Of a stretch of 64,000 nt of DNA, positions 61,639 through 64,000 are shown piece after piece. The stretch is from Candidatus Omnitrophota bacterium (GTDB lineage: Bacteria > Omnitrophota > Gorgyraeia > Duberdicusellales > 4484-171). The stretch covers positions 86,471 through 150,470 of the forward strand of contig JBAWWL010000004.1 of the NCBI GenBank assembly GCA_037146775.1, written 5' to 3'. Position numbers and translations under genes: made by a program. The notes beneath the pieces are model-generated. The model saw nothing but the letters and a program-made list of their open reading frames with translations. It made no database searches and was not told the DNA's origin. The stretch's first letter is position 1; each line of letters starts with the position of its first letter.

Positions 61639-63507
61639 ATGTTATTTACTTTTTCCGAGCCTGAGATAAAAGAAATATTAGCTGCCCAGCACGATCAACC
61701 TTACGTTTTTTTAGAATCCGCAACCCCTCGTCCCGGCGAACACACCTCGTTTTTATTCAACCATTTCAGTGAAATAATTACTTTTCGTTGGGGTGATGAC
61801 ATTAATGCATTTTTTAGAACCATAGAAGACCGCATACAAAATAATTTTTGGCTATGCGGCTATTTTACTTATGAATTTGGCTATTTTCTGGAACCGGCAC
61901 TATATCATTTGCGAGAAAAAAGTAACACAGTGTTAGCATGGCTTGGTGTAAGCAAGGAACCTTTTCGTTTCGACCATCACAACCACAAGCCGTCTTTGGG
62001 CCGCGCCCCTCTTTTTTATCGGGTAACGCATCTAACGTCCACTATCGACAAAGAAACCTATCGCGATCATATCGCTATCATAAAAAGTTACCTAGAAACA
62101 GGCTTAACATATCAGGTTAATTATACGTTTAAAATGAAGTTCGATTTTACAGGTGATCCGATAGATTTATATCTGGCTTTACGCCGTGGGCAACCCACTT
62201 CCTATTTGGCATGCATTAATACCGGCAGCGAAAATATTCTTTCCTTTTCCCCGGAGCTGTTTTTCCGTCTCTCTGGGGACACCATTGTCACTAAGCCGAT
62301 GAAAGGAACGCATGCCAGAGGTCTCGCTAAAGACGACGATGAATATTGCCGCCGCCAACTGAAACGGGACAAGAAAAGCCGAGCGGAAAACATCATGATA
62401 GTTGATTTATTACGCAACGATTTAGGTAAAATCGCTTATCAAGTGAACGTGCCGGTTCTCTTTGAAACAGAACAACATCGAACATTGCATCAGATGACCT
62501 CAACTGTTCGGGCGACCCTCCCGCGCCAGACGTCAGCCGCGGATATTGTCAAAGCGCTTTTTCCTTCCGGTTCGGTAACGGGAGCACCGAAAATAAAAAC
62601 TATGCAGCTTATAAAAGATTTAGAAGCCCAACCGCGTAATATTTATACCGGAGCAATCGGTTATATTTCTCCACAACATGAGATGTGTTTTAATGTTGCC
62701 ATTCGTACGATTTCTATTTCCGGCCACAAAGGAGAAATGGGTATTGGCGGAGGGATTGTATATGATTCAACTGCTGAAAATGAATATGAAGAAGCCTTGC
62801 TTAAATCAAAGTTTCTCACGCAAGAATTTCCTCAATTTTCGCTTATTGAGAGTTTATTATGGCAGAACAATAAAGGGTATTTTTTATTGGAAGAGCATCT
62901 TAGGCGGCTGAAAAATTCCTGCAGCTATTTTTCTATTCCGGTCAATATGTATAAAATACGCCGGGAACTAAAAATGTTGGAGAAAAAAATAAAAGGCGAA
63001 AAAACCAAGATCAGAATAATACTATCTACCGGCGGCGAACTTGCGATAGAGAGCCAACCCTTGGAAGGCATGACCGAATCAGTAACAATAAAGGTTAGTC
63101 CGCACAGGGTAAATCCTCAAGATATTTTTCTTTATCATAAAACTACCCGGCGTAAATTATACGATGAAGCCTTGAAGGGGGCGCGCATGGAAGGATTCTT
63201 CGAAGTTATGTTCTTAAACGTTCACGGCCAAGTTACTGAGGGAAGCGTGAGCAATATTTTTATTGAGAAAGGCAAACTATTATACACACCGCCCACAAAA
63301 TGTGGACTTTTAGGCGGAGTTTTAAGACAACATCTTCTAGATAAAGGTGTGGCCAGGGAGAGAGTGCTTTATATAAAAGATATTTTATCGGCAGATACGT
63401 TATATATAGGTAATTCTGTGCGCGGCTTAATCAAGGCAGAAATTTCCCTTGCTGATTTTGAAAATAAAAGTACAATTGAAATACAGGTGGAAAACTGCAA
63501 GAGGTAA
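61639..63507 (+). CDS. pabB: Aminodeoxychorismate synthase component I fused to a class IV aminotransferase (PabC-like) domain
   Basis: SPELFF, KPMKGT, ENIMIVDLLRNDLG, GSVTGAPK, FNVAIRT; C-terminal HKTT, TEGSVSNIF, GNSVRG. Confidence 0.92.
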   Translation: MLFTFSEPEIKEILAAQHDQPYVFLESATPRPGEHTSFLFNHFSEIITFRWGDDINAFFRTIEDRIQNNFWLCGYFTYEFGYFLEPALYHLREKSNTVLAWLGVSKEPFRFDHHNHKPSLGRAPLFYRVTHLTSTIDKETYRDHIAIIKSYLETGLTYQVNYTFKMKFDFTGDPIDLYLALRRGQPTSYLACINTGSENILSFSPELFFRLSGDTIVTKPMKGTHARGLAKDDDEYCRRQLKRDKKSRAENIMIVDLLRNDLGKIAYQVNVPVLFETEQHRTLHQMTSTVRATLPRQTSAADIVKALFPSGSVTGAPKIKTMQLIKDLEAQPRNIYTGAIGYISPQHEMCFNVAIRTISISGHKGEMGIGGGIVYDSTAENEYEEALLKSKFLTQEFPQFSLIESLLWQNNKGYFLLEEHLRRLKNSCSYFSIPVNMYKIRRELKMLEKKIKGEKTKIRIILSTGGELAIESQPLEGMTESVTIKVSPHRVNPQDIFLYHKTTRRKLYDEALKGARMEGFFEVMFLNVHGQVTEGSVSNIFIEKGKLLYTPPTKCGLLGGVLRQHLLDKGVARERVLYIKDILSADTLYIGNSVRGLIKAEISLADFENKSTIEIQVENCKR

Positions 63508-63540
63508 TATATCCCTTATTCGCACGAATAAGGGATATAT
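63507..63540. repeat. 34-bp palindrome copy 1 (16-2-16)
   Basis: ATATATCCCTTATTCG-CA-CGAATAAGGGATATAT. Confidence 0.95.
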
Positions 63541-63545
63541 AAAGT

Positions 63546-63818
63546 ATGACTAAAGAAGTAAAACTGTTCAAGGTTTTGGCTAACCCGCGTAGACTTAGAA
63601 TAATGGAAATATTGCTTGGTAGAGAACGTCTCAGTGTTTCCACTATCTCTCATCAAATCGATCTCTCCTTCAAAAGTACATCTAGGCACCTATCATTATT
63701 AGAAACCGCCGGTTTGATCGAGCGGAAACAAGAAGGTCTCTTTGCTTTTTATAGTATCAGAAAAGATTTAAAAACGCCGTTCAGGAAGCTTTTGCAAGAA
63801 ACCTCGGTTTTCGTTTAG
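63546..63818 (+). CDS. ArsR/SmtB-family winged-helix regulator
   Basis: FKVLANPRRLRIMEIL, SRHLSLLETAGLIERKQEG..YS. Confidence 0.92.
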   Translation: MTKEVKLFKVLANPRRLRIMEILLGRERLSVSTISHQIDLSFKSTSRHLSLLETAGLIERKQEGLFAFYSIRKDLKTPFRKLLQETSVFV

Positions 63819-63852
63819 ATATATCCCATATTCGCACGAATAAGGGATATAT
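63819..63852. repeat. 34-bp palindrome copy 2
   Basis: ATATATCCCATATTCG-CA-CGAATAAGGGATATAT, 33/34 identical to copy 1. Confidence 0.95.
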
Positions 63853-63883
63853 CGAGAGGTGAAAGCAATTCGCAAGAGAAACC

Positions 63884-64000
63884 ATGGCAAAACAGATAAA
63901 GGAAAAAGTCGAATTTTTAAAACAATTGAGAGCGGACACGTATCTGCTGGGTTTCCGTTCCCCTTATCTTGTGCAGGTCGCTAAGCCAGGTCAATTCGTG
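63884..64000 (+). CDS. pyrK: Dihydroorotate dehydrogenase electron transfer subunit (5' partial)
   Basis: MAKQIKEKV...AKPGQFV FAD-binding N-terminus; pyr context; runs off the window. Confidence 0.65.
   Translation, partial: MAKQIKEKVEFLKQLRADTYLLGFRSPYLVQVAKPGQFV

Noticed and set aside
63507-63852. Two 34-bp repeats as a mini CRISPR array or terminators
   Set aside because: The 278-bp interval is a complete gene, there are no cas genes, and no U-tract follows

Overview
Bacterial chromosomal window spanning the replication origin. Almost every gene left of ~36.5 kb is on the minus strand and every gene right of ~36.8 kb is on the plus strand. Left part (1-27 kb): a large, visibly AT-richer surface-glycan locus. 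It has an initiating sugar transferase, an ABC flippase, an O-antigen ligase/polymerase-like protein and several GT2/GT4 enzymes. It also has a repeated deacetylase + ATP-grasp tailoring module, two AsnB-type enzymes, a phosphatidylserine-decarboxylase-like protein, a YerE-like ThDP enzyme and decayed gene remnants. Middle: a tRNA cluster (Cys, Leu, Val, Asp), then yidC-parA-parB-ndk-yicC-gmk-rpoZ with four parS sites, rpmH-yidD (no rnpA), and dnaA-oriC-dnaN-dciA-gyrB-gyrA. Right: tRNA-Glu, glmS, rsmI, and a PyrR-attenuated pyr operon interleaved with EndoQ, tRNA-Arg, a dUTPase/dCTP-deaminase-family gene, mutM and pabB. It ends with an ArsR-family gene boxed by two 34-bp palindromes and the start of pyrK. 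Unexplained non-coding structure includes two tRNAs followed by a duplicated 3' end whose T-loop is interrupted by a hairpin insert, heptamer/octamer-repeat hairpins filling intergenic spacers, and REP-like motifs. Protein assignments are by motif recognition only; no database searches were run. The style recalls Candidatus Omnitrophota, but that is an unverified impression.
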